Shown here: positions 13,701 through 27,277 of the stretch, in pieces | How positions within the stretch are numbered: the stretch's first letter is position 1 | Layout of the letters: each line of letters starts with the position of its first letter | Origin: Microthyrium microscopicum | Taxonomy: Eukaryota | Length of the DNA stretch: 61,573 nt | Assembly: GCA_010405405.1 (NCBI GenBank) | Contig: MU004241.1 | Span: forward strand, 1,275,359-1,336,931 | Reading direction: 5' to 3' | The notes under the pieces: generated by a model | The model's database searches: none | Told to the model about the DNA's origin: nothing | What the model saw: the letters and a program-made list of their open reading frames with translations, nothing else | Position numbers and translations under genes: made by a program

Positions 13701-16700
13701 TGCTGAAAAGGACTGCCCGCAAATCTGACTCCGTACCACCACTTGAATGGTCGCCGCCAAATTCATTGTGCGGCGTCTGCTGTTGCTGGCCGCCTCTGAT
13801 ACTACTACTGCCAGTCCCGTTATTGGTCAATCCGTTCCTACTCGGCCATCTCCTGAACAAAGAATATGCTTTGCGAATTATTTCGGCGTCGCTAATCAAT
13901 GCTGTGCCAAATCTTTTGACTTTGAAGTCTTGACAGTGCTACTCTACGGTCGCCCGAGGCTGGCCATTCCGTAGTAGGTACTACTTGTCTCGGTGCCTTG
14001 GTAGGTTGATCCTACTTTCTCGAGGTGATGATTGTGATTCTGCAATGTCAAAGACTGCACCTAGCTTCCAATCGGTAGCATCCGTTCACTAGCTGCAGTC
14101 TCTTGTCAGATGGCCTTTCAGGCACAATATCAATATCTCGGCCATTTGCCCGCCCAGACGCGATGCACCCTCCCAAATTGGAAAGCCGTGGGCAAACACG
14201 TCCTGCACGTCTGACGCGAATCCAATGTTGCGACGCGGGGACGAGCCAATTGTAGTGCAATAGATTGGAGGCTGGGGATTGAGTTCAAGGGTTTTGTGGA
14301 GCAGTAGGAATAACTGTGCCGGTTTCTTGAATCGCTGACCCTGGCCTTGTGGGCGGACGGCTGGTCACTTACGGACAAGACAAGAATAATTATGGAAAAA
14401 GCAGCTTAGGGCAGTATCTATTGATGATGCTATTTACGCCGACTACTAGGTTGTTCTGGCTGACGATGAACAGCTCATCAACGCTCATCTGCGTTTATCA
14501 CCATACATGGCTTGTCAAATGGCAGTTAGACCCACAACCTGATGCTGCGTTCAATTCATAGCGGCACCACAAGAACTTGATTTTATCGTGAGAAATCAAG
14601 TTTATAGATTTGACCGGTCTTGCATGCCTCGCATATTTTATAGGCGACCTCGGGAAGGTAGATATTATGCCAGCCAATCTGGATGCAAATCACCCGTTTT
14701 ATGGCTCCGGTGTACACCGACCTACATGTTTTAAAACCGTCAGCCTTGCTACACAAAATCGGGTGGCAGGCAATTTGGAAGAAAGGAACATCTATCCGAC
14801 GAGACTCAACCACGTCACCTGTATCTCAGGTTGTAATTATACGCCCTTGAACCTCAGATCTCTAGGAATTGATCGCATAACTCGCCATACCATGCTGTTG
14901 GCAAGGGGTTAGAGCGGGACGAGGCTCCGTCGCTTACATATATTGAGCACCCCGCGATAGACAAAAATAAACCCAAGGGTCTGGTTGGGAGGTCAGAATA
15001 TCGTACATTGGGACTGACCTGATATGCCTAGAAGAACCAGAAAAGGGCAATGCTATGCTTCCACCTAGTACCTTACCGACTTTCCGGATTAATATAAACG
15101 ACTTTGCCATGTCTTGCCCCAGTACTGCGATCTCATTCGTCCGCAGCTTGATACAGATCTGGTTCAGCCTTATTGATCTAGCCAATACATCTCTAGAATA
15201 AGACTTTGATCTGGCTACCAAAGCTGAACTCCATATTGATCCCTATACTTCGATTGCAATATCGCTACTTTTCGGCCAATAGTATCTGATGTTCACTTAC
15301 CTTTTATGTTCGCCACTTCAGAGGGATGGGTTCTCCGTCGTCAACACTGTCGTCTCGTGAGTCGCAGGCACGGAGATCTACGAAGAAGGCAGAAAAAATC
15401 ACCCCTCTTCAGGGTCTCCACGCGGTTCTCTCGGGAGTTTGAGATCCCAAAGTTTCGAGTTGAGAGGAGGAACCAACCACTGCAGGTGATCTATTACTGT
15501 AATGCCTCTTAAGTACTACATCATCTCATCATTTCGAGTGTAAGGGTTCTGATATACATACGGTATACCCACGCCTTCCGTCCAGGATACTCCCCAGCAA
15601 CGCAGCAGTTCGCGCCTAATCCTTGATCATCAAATTCCCAGTCCTTGCAAGACGTTTGTCACCGCCAGCCCGAGAAAACGAAATAGGGTGGCAATGGGAT
15701 CTCCAATCCTCGCCATTATGTCTTGTTAAGAGCGGATTCAAGAGCCGCCTGGCCGATGACACAGCGGTTAAGGGCATTATCGCAACCGAAGCCACTGGGT
15801 ACACATCAAATGCCTTCCCTGAAAAGACCAACAATTAACCCAGCACTCCTGAGTACGACATGGCATTCGACTTCATGTCAACGACCCTGTTTCGGGAAAC
15901 ATGATTTGACCAGCACAAAATCGTAGAAATATCATTCTTGATTCCAATTGACGCTGCCAAGAAACGAATTGTGGTACAAAGCCCAACTGCCCAAAACGCT
16001 TTGATAGTCACACTTGCAAAAAAAAGTTAAACCGCTAACGCACTGTACAACCTTGATCATTGGCGATGAAAAGTTGATACTCATGTGAATATCATTGCAC
16101 TACGGGTTCAAAGATGAGCCATATTCAGCCTTGCTCTCCGGTGTGCCAAAGCTCTACAATGTGTTTCACCCTAAAGGTGAGATATTTCCCGAAGCCGCCG
16201 TTATGAGAGTGGAAATTGTTCCTAGGCTATGGAACGGGTAAGAAATGGGTTCCAAACTGCTCACCAGTTCCGCTTTTTACCCATTTATTACACTACAAGC
16301 AAAATCCTAGAGTACGATCTTTCTCCGCGCATGAATACTGACAGAACAATTCTAAGCCACCCCGCCAAAATTACCAATTCTTGGATAGCTTTTCTCAAAT
16401 AATGCGTATTGGCATTGATCCTTTACAGAGTTTCTGATATCTAGGATTTCATACTACCATACAACTTCACATGGTCAAGGTCTCGATTCAAATACCACCG
16501 TTAACATGTTTTCGGGTAATCAAATCAACGTGATTTACATGCCCCGCTCACTATTCGTCTTCTGAGACAACTAGATCGCTCTTCAAGTGCCTTGGCTGCT
16601 CTATCACCGCATTACCGGTGCCCATCGGACGCCAATTGCACATTTTATCCACCAGATTCCACGGCTGGGGAATAAGCACTTCTGCACTATGAGGTTTTCT

Positions 16701-19478
16701 TGCCCCGCGTCTACAAGCTTATCTGGTAGAACGCGTTCATCTACGCGTGCTCAGCTGAAAGTTTTAACGTGTGGGACCAACGTGGAAATTATGTACGCTA
16801 AGCTGGACCCCAAAGCGAGGCCAGGTCCATAACGCCACATTTATCATGGCTTCCACAAACGCGGAAAACGACCTGCCAAGTACTCCAACAAGCGCGATGT
16901 CTGGGCTTCTGGAAGATGAACCAAAAGAAATCCTAGACGACGCCTCGAACCCACAGACTAGCAAACGGTAACTCTGCACTTGCTGACGCAAAAAGACCAC
17001 TTTTATGTGCTCCGTGGCACTCAAGAATCCATTCTTTGCCTTGAGGCGCCGTGGCTGAAGTACTTTGACGTGTCAATTGCCGTATATCCTCAAAAGAGCA
17101 GCAGTGCCAATTTAACGCGAGCAAGAGCCTTTTCCTTCTTCTTTCATTTCACCATTCCACTGCTCGACGCGCCTTTAAATGAAGATGTGAATGTCAACGG
17201 ATGCTGATATAAAAAACGCGAACATGGTGCATAATTGCAATACGGAGCGAGCCTCGTGCCCCTTTCCAATGAAGCACGCGATACACAAAATCGTCCGGAG
17301 TACAAGCGACATGCTACACCGTTCCGGATTGCGAACTCGCAATAAAAAGGAGATCAGAGCGGCTTTGCCTCAGCCGAACATGCATTCGTTCAGGTTCTGG
17401 CTAGCAGTGTAATATGGCATTTGCTTCCTTCATTGAAAATCACTTCTATCCACGATACAACCGTGCAGATTGCGGCGTGTCTTCAATTGTAGTACGTACC
17501 CGACGCACTAGGTTTTCAACAGACCCATGGATTCTTCAAGATGAAGTCACTGCCATGCCGTGAAGATAGAGGGATGGCTAGGACATAGACATCCATGGCT
17601 TCTATGAGTATAATTGTGCTCTTATAACTATAACTGAGTCTCTAACGCTGTCTGAACAAGGATCGGAACCCTCAAGGTCAATTATCTACCGATCTTCGCC
17701 GAACCCGCTCTCTGCATACAACGGCTTAATTGCCTTCCAATATGGGACATATACGAGTCGGCAGATGACAGATGCAATTGTACGGTCTGACTTGTCTATA
17801 TCAATAAGGCCACCTTCCCTGCTGAATCTTTCTCGTCTGCTGTCGTGTCACCACTCGATGCCCTCAGACTGCGCCTTCAACATCTTCTCCCTCGTTCTTC
17901 CATGCCTATTATCTTCTATTTGCCTATACTCTTCTCTTCTATAGCCTTTACAGCAAGCAGTTCGTGGTTTGCAACCGCTCTCCTCTATGATTTGCAGATT
18001 GACATCCCACGCCTATCCACCACAGATCTGTCAATCTGCCATTAACCCGCTGCCATTATGCCTCGTGGGCTCACAGACTATCGCTCATCAGAGGGCAGAC
18101 TGTGGCCCTGAAATCGTTCGTCGGCATGCACGCTATGAACACATGGGCTTTGCAGCTCCTGAGATGCAGGAACATCCCAGAATGCCCATAGAAGCGTCGC
18201 AGAAACATGGCATTCGAAGCCACATAGCTCCCAAGCTTGAAATCTTCTTTTCCCCGTCCCGAGCTCTTTCATCAAGACTCGGCTGATCCACGCTTTGGCT
18301 CCACATACCGCAAATGGCCATCGGATGTTGTGCTGAACGACCTATTTGAGCTGGGCACAACCCTAAGAAGCAATAGATCGACGATAGCGAGCCCTTTGGC
18401 CATTCGGAAAGAGCGAGTCCCATAGTGGTTCATATCTGTCTCTATCTGGCATGGAGTTCTTGCTGTCTATCACACGAATCAGCAGCTTCCATTTGCTTAG
18501 AGCGGGCTATGTCGGAGCTGAATACTCTCAAGAGATACGTCTTCGATGATGGCTTCATTTGAGATGTTGGACTTGTCCTTTACGCTATCGCAGGTTCTAA
18601 CCCGAGGAGCAGAGGAACCACGATGTCCTTGATTGATTTGCCCCTCTTTTGCTATCAGTTCAAGAGGACCAACTTTTCGAATCATGATTGCAATAAGGGG
18701 ATTTGGATCAAACCCTTCCTTGGCAGCAATCTGGTTTCAAGAGACAGCAACCTAGCATGACCAAGTTTGAGCTGGAATCGTAAACAAAGTAAATCGTAGC
18801 ACTGAGTCCGCGTTCGCGTGTAGAATGAGAAGATGGTAGGTTAAGCGCACCTCATATTCAGACTAGCTAAGCGGCCGTGATTCAAGCCATATCTCACAGA
18901 CAGAGCTAGGTTTCTTAGCCAGACGTTTTATCGTGATCAACTTATGGAGTGTAATCTGCTTAATGAAGCATTTGCCAGCGGCGTATACACCACTCGTCCT
19001 TGGCACGTTATATCTCTTGATGGAAAAACGTACACGTAAGATTATGACTTCTCCAATTTTTAGTATCCCTCGCTGTTTGCTCTAGTTTTCAACGGGTGAT
19101 ACTCCCGTCCAAGATACGTGAAGCATTCAAGATATACCTAGAGATGATCTGACTTACGAATGACCATCTGAGGAGCTTACATCATTTACAAGGCGATACT
19201 CAACAGCTACATAGTAATGTATGCATGTGATGGTAGTTTCATCCCAACTGATGCTCTTCGTTTTGTGGGGTTTATACGGTAGATCTGACATAATATGAAT
19301 AGAGATTGAATGAACTCGATTTTCGATTTCTGTATCCTCTGCCCGCGTTTTTCGAATAAGCTGCTGAGACTTCTCCATTTACGATACTAAGATATCAAAC
19401 TAATACAGGAATGAAGGAAGGTGCTCGTAATGAATACGCCTAGCCAGAAGACGATATATGGTTGCCCGAAAAACACCT

Positions 19479-20032
19479 CTAACATTGAGCAAGATAAGCT
19501 CTCTGGACGGCGCACTTTTTACCACAAAGTTAGAGAAGAGCTTCAAAGAGCTACAAGAGCCGGATAGACATACCTGTTCGCCTGCCCATGTGAATTGTCC
19601 ACAGTTAGGACATCCGTGGTTCACGATAAACTCTCCAAACAATTTCAACGAATCTCCTTTGACTTGACAAGTGAGTTGGGTATTGGTGGATGAAACAAAG
19701 ATACCACAATGACCTGAACAGGCACCAGCCTTAGAAGTGCTGGGACTACAAAGATGTTAGAAGACATTGATCAAACTGATGTGATTTCCTTACTTTGGAT
19801 TGGCTTGATTTGATTCATATGTTATGTTTGGATTAAGACTGTTCATTGCATTGACACAATCTTGGAAGAGATTTGGAGTCGAACTGCATTCTGGCGCAGC
19901 CTTACAGTTGTAATCATCTACTTGCTGGCCAATCTTACTGACGTCCATATGGACAGTCATTTCATTCGTTGGTACGGCATAAACAGCTGTAGTTGCAAGA
20001 AGCGTCGAGACAAGAAGATTGACAGCGTGCAT
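19479..20032 (-). CDS. KP4 killer-toxin-like secreted protein (3 exons: 20032-19794, 19745-19574, 19514-19479; 148 aa, 10 Cys)
   Basis: Signal peptide MHAVNLLVSTLLATTAVYA. The spliced product contains IVNHGCPNCG (KP4-family NHGCxxCG) and ends CAVQRAYLAQC*. Confidence 0.72.
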
Positions 20033-20972
20033 GTTGACTATGGTTTCGATGGTGACTTAAGTGTGGTGGTAAATCTGGAGTTGACCGCGAGTCGTTATTT
20101 GGGAAATCAGGAAAGAGTCAAATGCCGACTTTATACCCAATGCTTCAGTTCCGAACCTCATGACTTTACTTCTCAATGACCACTGCTGTATCACAGTATC
20201 GACCCGAGCGAAAATTTCTCTGAAGCGGTAAGAGATTAAGCCAATGGACTGCAAAGAATCGCAACGACTAAGTTCGAATTGAAGTGACCTCAAGTAAACG
20301 ATTACAGCATATCAGGTACAGGTACTACAATAGTATGGAGTAGTGACACGCAAACGCATCCACATCGAGTATCTCAAGTGGTGCCGTGCATGTGCATGTT
20401 GTCACCGCCTCCGCATAAAAGCTGCGTGCACCCAATCTAAGAAAAGCACCAAGACTAGAAAGTAGGATTGGACCCGATACTGGAGAAAATCCTACTACGG
20501 TCAACCGATCAATGGATCCGAACCTACTCAGTTGGATCATGAGATACAACACCTGAGAAAATAGGTTAAGCATTGTTGATCGAAATAATACAATCATTCC
20601 ATTGCGACTTTGGTGATGACTATAGGTAAATTAGTCTATATTGACCTCTCGTGATTCGGAAGTCGTCGTTAGGAGGCTGTTGGACTGTGGCAGATATTAC
20701 TACTGCTGATTGGAATCGGCCTTCAGCAAGTATCCAGCAAAATCTGAGCCATGTTTCGTTCGAGCATGCTCCCCAGATATAACAATGTCTCTGACGAGGT
20801 TGATGCTTAATTTTCCCCAAAGTGCTCGAAAATGGCAGAATTGAGGTTGAGAAATTTCCCAATATAGGTCGGCACGTGACAACGTGAAGTCTACGCGTTC
20901 AACGCTTCTGTACTCCAATACTTTCTCAATCATCGACTACAAATTTCTCGAAGCTGATACGTACCGTTGAAC

Positions 20973-22340
20973 ATGCCGCTAGGCTTCGAGCGCATCAATG
21001 AGCGCGTCAAACGTCCAAATGAGTTGATTAACTTCATCCGTCCTCTCAAAGGACCAGCCGAAGCCACCTCACAAGATTTCCTTGAGCGCATCGCCGCCAT
21101 TGTGTATCCAGTCATGCGGGACTCTCATATTGCCGTCATGGCGTTGGAGGAATATCCTCCTAACACCGAGTTTTGGGGTCGCAATTTTAATGCAGGCGAG
21201 GTTATTCAACTTGTGCTCAAGCGAAGAGATGGCGGCTGGCTACCCTTTCGACACGTTCAGATGGTCATGATTCACGAATTGGCGCATTGCAAAGAGATGA
21301 ACCATTCGAGGTTCTTTTGGCGTGTGCGTAACGAATATGCCAGTGGTCTTACTACTTTGTGGGCGAAAGGCTATACAGGCGAAGGGTTCTGGGGCAGCGG
21401 AAGAGGTCTGGGCGATGGAACATTCCTACACAACAATATGCCGGATGAATCTATCAGTCCAGATTCTCTTTGTGGCGGTGCATATAAGAATCGAGGAAAG
21501 AGAAAAAGAGGAGGCAAGTCGAAGAAGCCTGAGCTCTCAAGTGCTGAGCGAAAACAACGACGCATTCTCAAGAAGTTCGGAGCTGGAGGTACAGCGCTTG
21601 GAGGAGATGAGCAGGAACGTCAGAAGCTTGAAAATGGAAAGAAAGTCAAAGGCAAGCCACGGGTCGCAGGAAGCGCTCGTGCTCGAGAACTGCGAGCTGC
21701 AGCTGCCTTGGCGAGATTCTCCAAAGTCGAACCGTCCCCAGAGCCAGACTCGAGTGAGACTGAATGGGACGAGTCTGAGACTGAAGATGAGACTCACATC
21801 TTGAAGTCCAATGGAAAAGAGTTGGTGCGAGTTTGTGGTGACATGGACGAAAATGATGCCGATGTCAAACGGGAGAAGGACGAGATGATGGCTAGTCTCA
21901 CCTCTGATGTTGAAGATATAGATTTAGCTCCTCCAAAGGATGTGCCAACTCTCAAGCCTTCCAAAGACGACATTGGCACTAAACATTCTACCAAGGTCAA
22001 GTCGGCGCCTGCTGATCACAACACTGTTCACAGGGCAAAAGTGGACCCGCCTATCAAGAAAGAAGGAGTCTCACGATCAGAGCTTTCAGAGAACGCTTTG
22101 CTTCCAACCAAGGACCCGCCGCTGCCACGCAAGCCATCGAGCACACGCACAGCAACATGTGAGGTTTGCTCACTTTCCAATGACCCAGGCTCAACAATAT
22201 GCATGGCCTGTTCAAATGTTCTAGATCCCTCAATTGTTTGGAACCATTGGAAGTGTACAAGCGACACTTGCAAAGGAGGAGCGTACATCAATCCCGGTGA
22301 TTATGGTCTGTGTCAGTTATGCGGAGCAAGAAAGCCATGA
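20973..22340 (+). CDS. WLM-domain zinc metalloprotease (Wss1 family) with C-terminal zinc ribbons
   Basis: WLM motifs LEEYPPNTEFWGRNFNAGEVIQLVL and HELAH (HExxH). SHP-like FGAGGTALGG. C-terminal CEVCS..N....C.AC and W.C....C...CQLCG. Confidence 0.9.
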   Translation: MPLGFERINERVKRPNELINFIRPLKGPAEATSQDFLERIAAIVYPVMRDSHIAVMALEEYPPNTEFWGRNFNAGEVIQLVLKRRDGGWLPFRHVQMVMIHELAHCKEMNHSRFFWRVRNEYASGLTTLWAKGYTGEGFWGSGRGLGDGTFLHNNMPDESISPDSLCGGAYKNRGKRKRGGKSKKPELSSAERKQRRILKKFGAGGTALGGDEQERQKLENGKKVKGKPRVAGSARARELRAAAALARFSKVEPSPEPDSSETEWDESETEDETHILKSNGKELVRVCGDMDENDADVKREKDEMMASLTSDVEDIDLAPPKDVPTLKPSKDDIGTKHSTKVKSAPADHNTVHRAKVDPPIKKEGVSRSELSENALLPTKDPPLPRKPSSTRTATCEVCSLSNDPGSTICMACSNVLDPSIVWNHWKCTSDTCKGGAYINPGDYGLCQLCGARKP

Positions 22341-23189
22341 GATAACTGACCCCGCTTACGACTTTGATGAATTTCCCTGTATTTGATACCCGGTTCACTT
22401 GGGGGAGCAACACTACCTTGCTTTAGTTATAGATTGTGGAACCAAAGATGAAATCAAAAGCTGAATTGCTGCATAATGTAATCAAGTGGTATCTTCTGCC
22501 TCGAAATATCGTCACATGTCTGTCCCCATATTCCTTCACTGCTCTGACTCTGAGCTTCAATCTTTCCTATGCTTCACATAGACGCCATTCCTTCACTTCT
22601 TCGGCAATGCTTCTTCGATTCCCTTCACATGTGTTTCCAATCTTTGAACGGTTGCTTGTAAGTTCTACCTTCTGTCAGTCAAGCCTTTTCAATCCGTTAT
22701 CGCACTTACGAAGATGTCTTCCGTCAATAGCTCATTGCTAACGCGATATTCGTTCATCACATAATAGTACATGCCTGCGCCCGACATTGTTGAACCAAGT
22801 AGGAATCCAGTAAGCCTGAGAGAGCACACATCAGCAACCATTATACGTCTTCTTCTAAACATTGGCTACACACCCGCCACGAAATGCGCCCACGGGCCGC
22901 TTTGCTGGCAGTGCCTCAACTACGGGCTCCCTTAGTGATTGTGATGTCGCAAAGGTTCGTCGCGGAACGGTTCGGGAAGCAAGGCGAAGGTTTGCGGTGA
23001 GTATGCGCGAGGCCATGATTTTGGTAGTGTCTGGGGGTAGGTTTGGTCGATTGAGGGTGTTCGACGTGAGATGAGGAGACTAGATCCAAGGGAATTAATT
23101 GTCAGTTTGACGATGAAGTTGGTGTTGAGGGCCAGTGCTCTAGACTCAGCCAATGAAAAGAGGCCAGGTTAGGCTATGAGGCTATGTTT

Positions 23190-23500
23190 GAGGGGTTGTG
23201 ATTGGCCCTGTCCCTAAACTATTCATAAGCTATGACTTTAAATATCTCTTAGATATGAAAATCATTCTAGCATATCTAGTCTGAAATATATATTTAAGGC
23301 TAGAAAGATAGAATGCTCAATTAAAACATGTTTTAGCTACTATTAAGTTTTTCTAGAAGGTTTTAACAAAATAATAACAGACCTACCCATACCAGAGTTG
23401 AACTTGTAGAACCTCCTATTCTAATAGCAAAAACTGAACCCCCACTAGCCACCAATGAGGAAAGGACTAGTTGAGGGTACAGAAAAACCAGGCGAACTGA
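23190..23500. other. Short AT/TpA-rich patch, probable RIP-degraded repeat remnant
   Basis: Local TA enrichment compared with the flanks. No ORF or termini recognised. Confidence 0.3.
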
Positions 23501-24017
23501 TTTTCTTTCAGGCCAACTGAATTCGTTTCTTTGAAAGAAACAGACATCCCAAAGTTCGCAGGGAAGCCGCAGACCAGGAACCGGAAGAACCAGCTCTCAT
23601 GACAAACAGGACGAAACCGATACTGTTATACGTTGCCAGTCTGCAGGCTGGGCCGCTTGTGAATTCACTTAGTCCACAAGGCCACCTGCTATGAAAGCTC
23701 GCTACCATAACTTATTCAGGAACGTAGGTCTTAGCTTCTCAATTGCTCATTGGATGGTAGTCACCCAGGTGGGGAGTCTGTCCCCTTCAATCGGCCCGGG
23801 GCTGGCGTAATTAAAACTAGTCAGTATACATTACGGAACAAAGGAGCTTGAAAAACTAACCGTAGAGCAGAGGATAATCGTACAAGAATTTCGAACAAAA
23901 GTGTATATAACCCCACAGCAGCTACAGGGAAATCTCCATCCTAAATGTTCACAGCCTATGCTATGAATAAATCTTAAAGATATGAATTTCTATCAAATAG
24001 GAATGTTGAAAATGCAG

Positions 24018-25301
24018 TTACGCAGTATTCGCCACTTCTTCGTCGTGCCTATCGAGTCCTGGAGGTCCATCAACCCATCTCTTGAAAGGCACAACGAATA
24101 TAGTACCGCCTACTATCTGGAGACCTTGGTATATGACCATGGGTATCTGTAGCTTTGCTTGTAATTCCGGAGTGAGTCCTACGAACATGGTCATAGCAAG
24201 AGGAACACCCATCGCAGGTGACTTGGCGGGAACGCAGTAGCACACTGAGATCACATCTTCCTTGGAAAGCCAGAGCCTTGATCCGAAGAACGAGATTGCG
24301 TTGACGATAAAGTAAAGAGCGACGCTGAAGAAGACGACAAATATCATGTTGCTAGGTTTGACAGTGTCAAAGGCATGACTGGCGAAAGCTTGGTCGTACA
24401 CCTGCCAAACAACAACCAGGAGGCAGAAAGTGCTGATCTTGCTGATTTTGTATCCAACAATGTAACGTTGATTAAGCTTGGGAAAGAAGTTTTGTACTAA
24501 TTGGCCCACGAACTGATCCATGTTAGTATGTGGAATTCAGAGTCCAATGAGATAACTGACCATTGGCACAAAGAGTGAAAGACCTAGTTGCTTGAAGACA
24601 CGGCGATATATTTCACCATATCCTCCATGCTCTGTTGGCAAGGCAGTTGTGTACCATGCTCCTGAACTTGTATACATTGTGAATATCACTGGAGTCAAAA
24701 AGGGGCCAAGAAAATTTCCAAGCGTAGATTGAACTACAGTGAGGGCTTTGTTTCCATGTGCATTACCCGTCATAACGACATTACTACTGATAGTGGTAGG
24801 TGTGCATCCAGTCAAAATGAAGCCTAACAGTAATCCAGGGTCCATGAAGTTTCTATTCATCGCACAGAGAGACACAACTGCAAAAACGACAGAAGAAAAT
24901 CCGAGGTAGCAAAGGATTTGAACCCATAGATGAAGTTTCCAACGTGAGTAGTTCTCCAGAAGTATTTGAGTATTGAGAGTGCAACCAGTAAGAAAGAATA
25001 TTATTGAAATACAAAGATAAGATACCAATGTGGCTTTCAGTTGCTGATGCTTTTCCGGAACCTGAACTTGTGAGGCGAGGAGAATAACCAGTCCTAGAGA
25101 TATCAAGAACCACTGACTGGCAACCAATTTGAGGAAGCTCCAGATCCAGCCTTGCCATTTTCGGGATTTGTGTTGCTCTGTGATTGAAGATGGAACCAGA
25201 TCCGAACTTTTACTAGACAGTGACCGCGTGTCGTCATTTGATATGTGAGGCTGAGGGCTAGACTGGATGCCCATCTCTTTTTCCTGCTCTTGCCCTTCCA
25301 T
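24018..25301 (-). CDS. Sodium/bile-acid symporter family (SBF-like, SLC10A7/Rch1-like) membrane protein; intron 24513-24560
   Basis: Multi-TM protein with motifs QWFLISLG, GCTPTTISSNVVMT, STLGNFLGPFLTP and CVPAKSPAMGVP. Confidence 0.88.
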
Positions 25302-25701
25302 ATCCTTGGTGTTGAGACTCAAACACTGACTGCGAGTGCAAGTTACAACACCAGTGACTTGACATTGGGCCCTTTCGACTCATATAGCTCATGACTCTTT
25401 GAAAAATTCGTGGAATCGTCGGGAATAACCTGATCGCAGAAATATTCCCGTTCACACCCCTCCATGTGCATTGTCGGCTCGCACACCCCTTCCCGATCAC
25501 GGGCGGCATACTTCTCAACAAGCGAGGCTCGGCAATCGATCAATGATCGCTTGGAATTGCCCAGATCATTCACTGTAGCAATCTGGTTCTCTTAGTAGTA
25601 GTGAATCGGGATATGAAGGGCTGAAAGCTTTTGAGAAATGTGTAGCATTCTGAAACGTTCATATCATGTCAGCTGTGATTGCAGTTGCCTGTTGTGGAAC
25701 G

Positions 25702-26308
25702 TATGACGGCTCATAACGGCCACCCTGGCCACTTCACCAAAATCAAAAAGTACAAAATCCAAGAGATTACAAAACATTTATTTGCAGCCCCGTTTAGCAC
25801 TTTTTGGCAGTTCTGAAGAAGCCAAATAGTAAGTTGAATTTTTCTGCATTTTTACAATTCCTAAGAATACTACATCTTTTTGTTTTGACGAGAGGAAAAG
25901 GACTTTATAATTGTTGATATATTTTGCTTTTTAATAAAAAGTGGAGCTTGGCGATGATACTTCTACCTAGTAAAGGCTGTCCCTAAGTTAGTGAGGGACG
26001 CCCCTAAGTTAGTGAAAGTAAGTGCCCCTAAATTAGTAGCTCTTCTCTCTACTTACCTTACTTCGTAAGCAATCCCAAAATGCTAAGAAAGATGCATCTT
26101 TCTTGAATTGAGAATCAACGTCAACAACCATAACTAAATAGAATTTTCTAGCTCTCAAAAATGCAGAAAAATTCAATTTGCCTTTTGGCTTCTTCAAAAT
26201 CCTCAAATTTGGGCTCTTTGTGGTGTAAATAATTGATTTGTAAACACATAGATTTTTGGATTTTGGATTTTGGTGAAGTGGCCAGGGTGGCCGTTATGAG
26301 CCGTCATA
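25702..26308. mobile_element. Non-autonomous DNA transposon (MITE) with long TIRs
   Basis: TATGACGGCTCATAACGGCCACCCTGGCCACTTCACCAAAATC is mirrored perfectly at the right end, and imperfect inverted similarity continues about 150 bp inward. GAACG lies on both flanks. No coding capacity. Confidence 0.9.
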
Positions 26309-26489
26309 GAACGTCGGCAACCTAAAATAGTCAACCTCACATCTCACTCGTATAAAATAGGTAGCGCATAACAATTGATCTTTAGATTCAACTGCTTCCA
26401 GTGAAACTGAACAATTCAGCATCACGTACGGTTTCGACTTCTCTCGAGATATACATTCGGACATTCCAAAGACCCTCTCCCCACCCAAC

Positions 26490-27047
26490 ATGGCAGAAAC
26501 AAATACCTCTAAAAGTGAAGATGAGATGCCACTCTACAAAGGCTCCTGTCACTGCGGTAACATCAAATTCACAGTACGACTCAACCTCACTTCACCTTCG
26601 CCAGAAACGGGCCATATCATGACTCGTTGTAATTGTACAATCTGCCTCAAAGCTGGGCTCACCCTTGCGGTTCCGACTCCAGTGACATCCTTCACCCTGC
26701 TGTCTCCATTGCCGGAAGGCACTACATCGCCCATAAACTACTCTCAGTACCCTGACGATAAACCATTCCCTGGATTGGCCGAATACACTTTTGGAGGCGG
26801 CCGAGTTCAGCATCAATTTTGTCCAACATGCGGAGTCAGAGGCTGGGTCAAAGGGGTGATTATCGGTCCCTCAAATAAAGATTTTTCTTTTATGCGTATA
26901 AATGTTCATACGCTTGATGGCCGAGAAGATGGAGCAGAAATAGAGTCGCTGAAAGACATCAAGATTGGCTATTGGGATGGCGTAAACGATAAAGATGGTT
27001 GGGCGAAGGGCGTGGGTGAAAAGCCATATGATAGAGGAATTCTCTAG
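26490..27047 (+). CDS. GFA/CENP-V (Mss4-like, glutathione-dependent formaldehyde-activating family) protein
   Basis: Motifs YKGSCHCG, CNCTIC and HQFCPTCG. Confidence 0.88.
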   Translation: MAETNTSKSEDEMPLYKGSCHCGNIKFTVRLNLTSPSPETGHIMTRCNCTICLKAGLTLAVPTPVTSFTLLSPLPEGTTSPINYSQYPDDKPFPGLAEYTFGGGRVQHQFCPTCGVRGWVKGVIIGPSNKDFSFMRINVHTLDGREDGAEIESLKDIKIGYWDGVNDKDGWAKGVGEKPYDRGIL

Positions 27048-27277
27048 CGGGCAAGTTCAAGGTTCCTGATTGCATCTGGAGAGATCGTTCTGGGCACGAA
27101 GTTAGCTATCAAATATGACGAGGACTACAATAAGATTATGTCGTTTCTGTGCCTTGCTTTACTTTGACACAAATTATTGTTAATTGCCACGACTTGACGA
27201 TCTTTCGTTGTAGCGATACTACGAGATGGAAGTTTTATTATAGCCGGACAAAGATATAACGTTTCTACTCAGCCTGC

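Noticed and set aside
17830..18740. Possible degenerate gene on the minus strand (QIAAKEGFDPNPLIAIMIRKVGP...)
   Set aside because: There are protein-like patches, but I could build no consistent exon chain or family motif.
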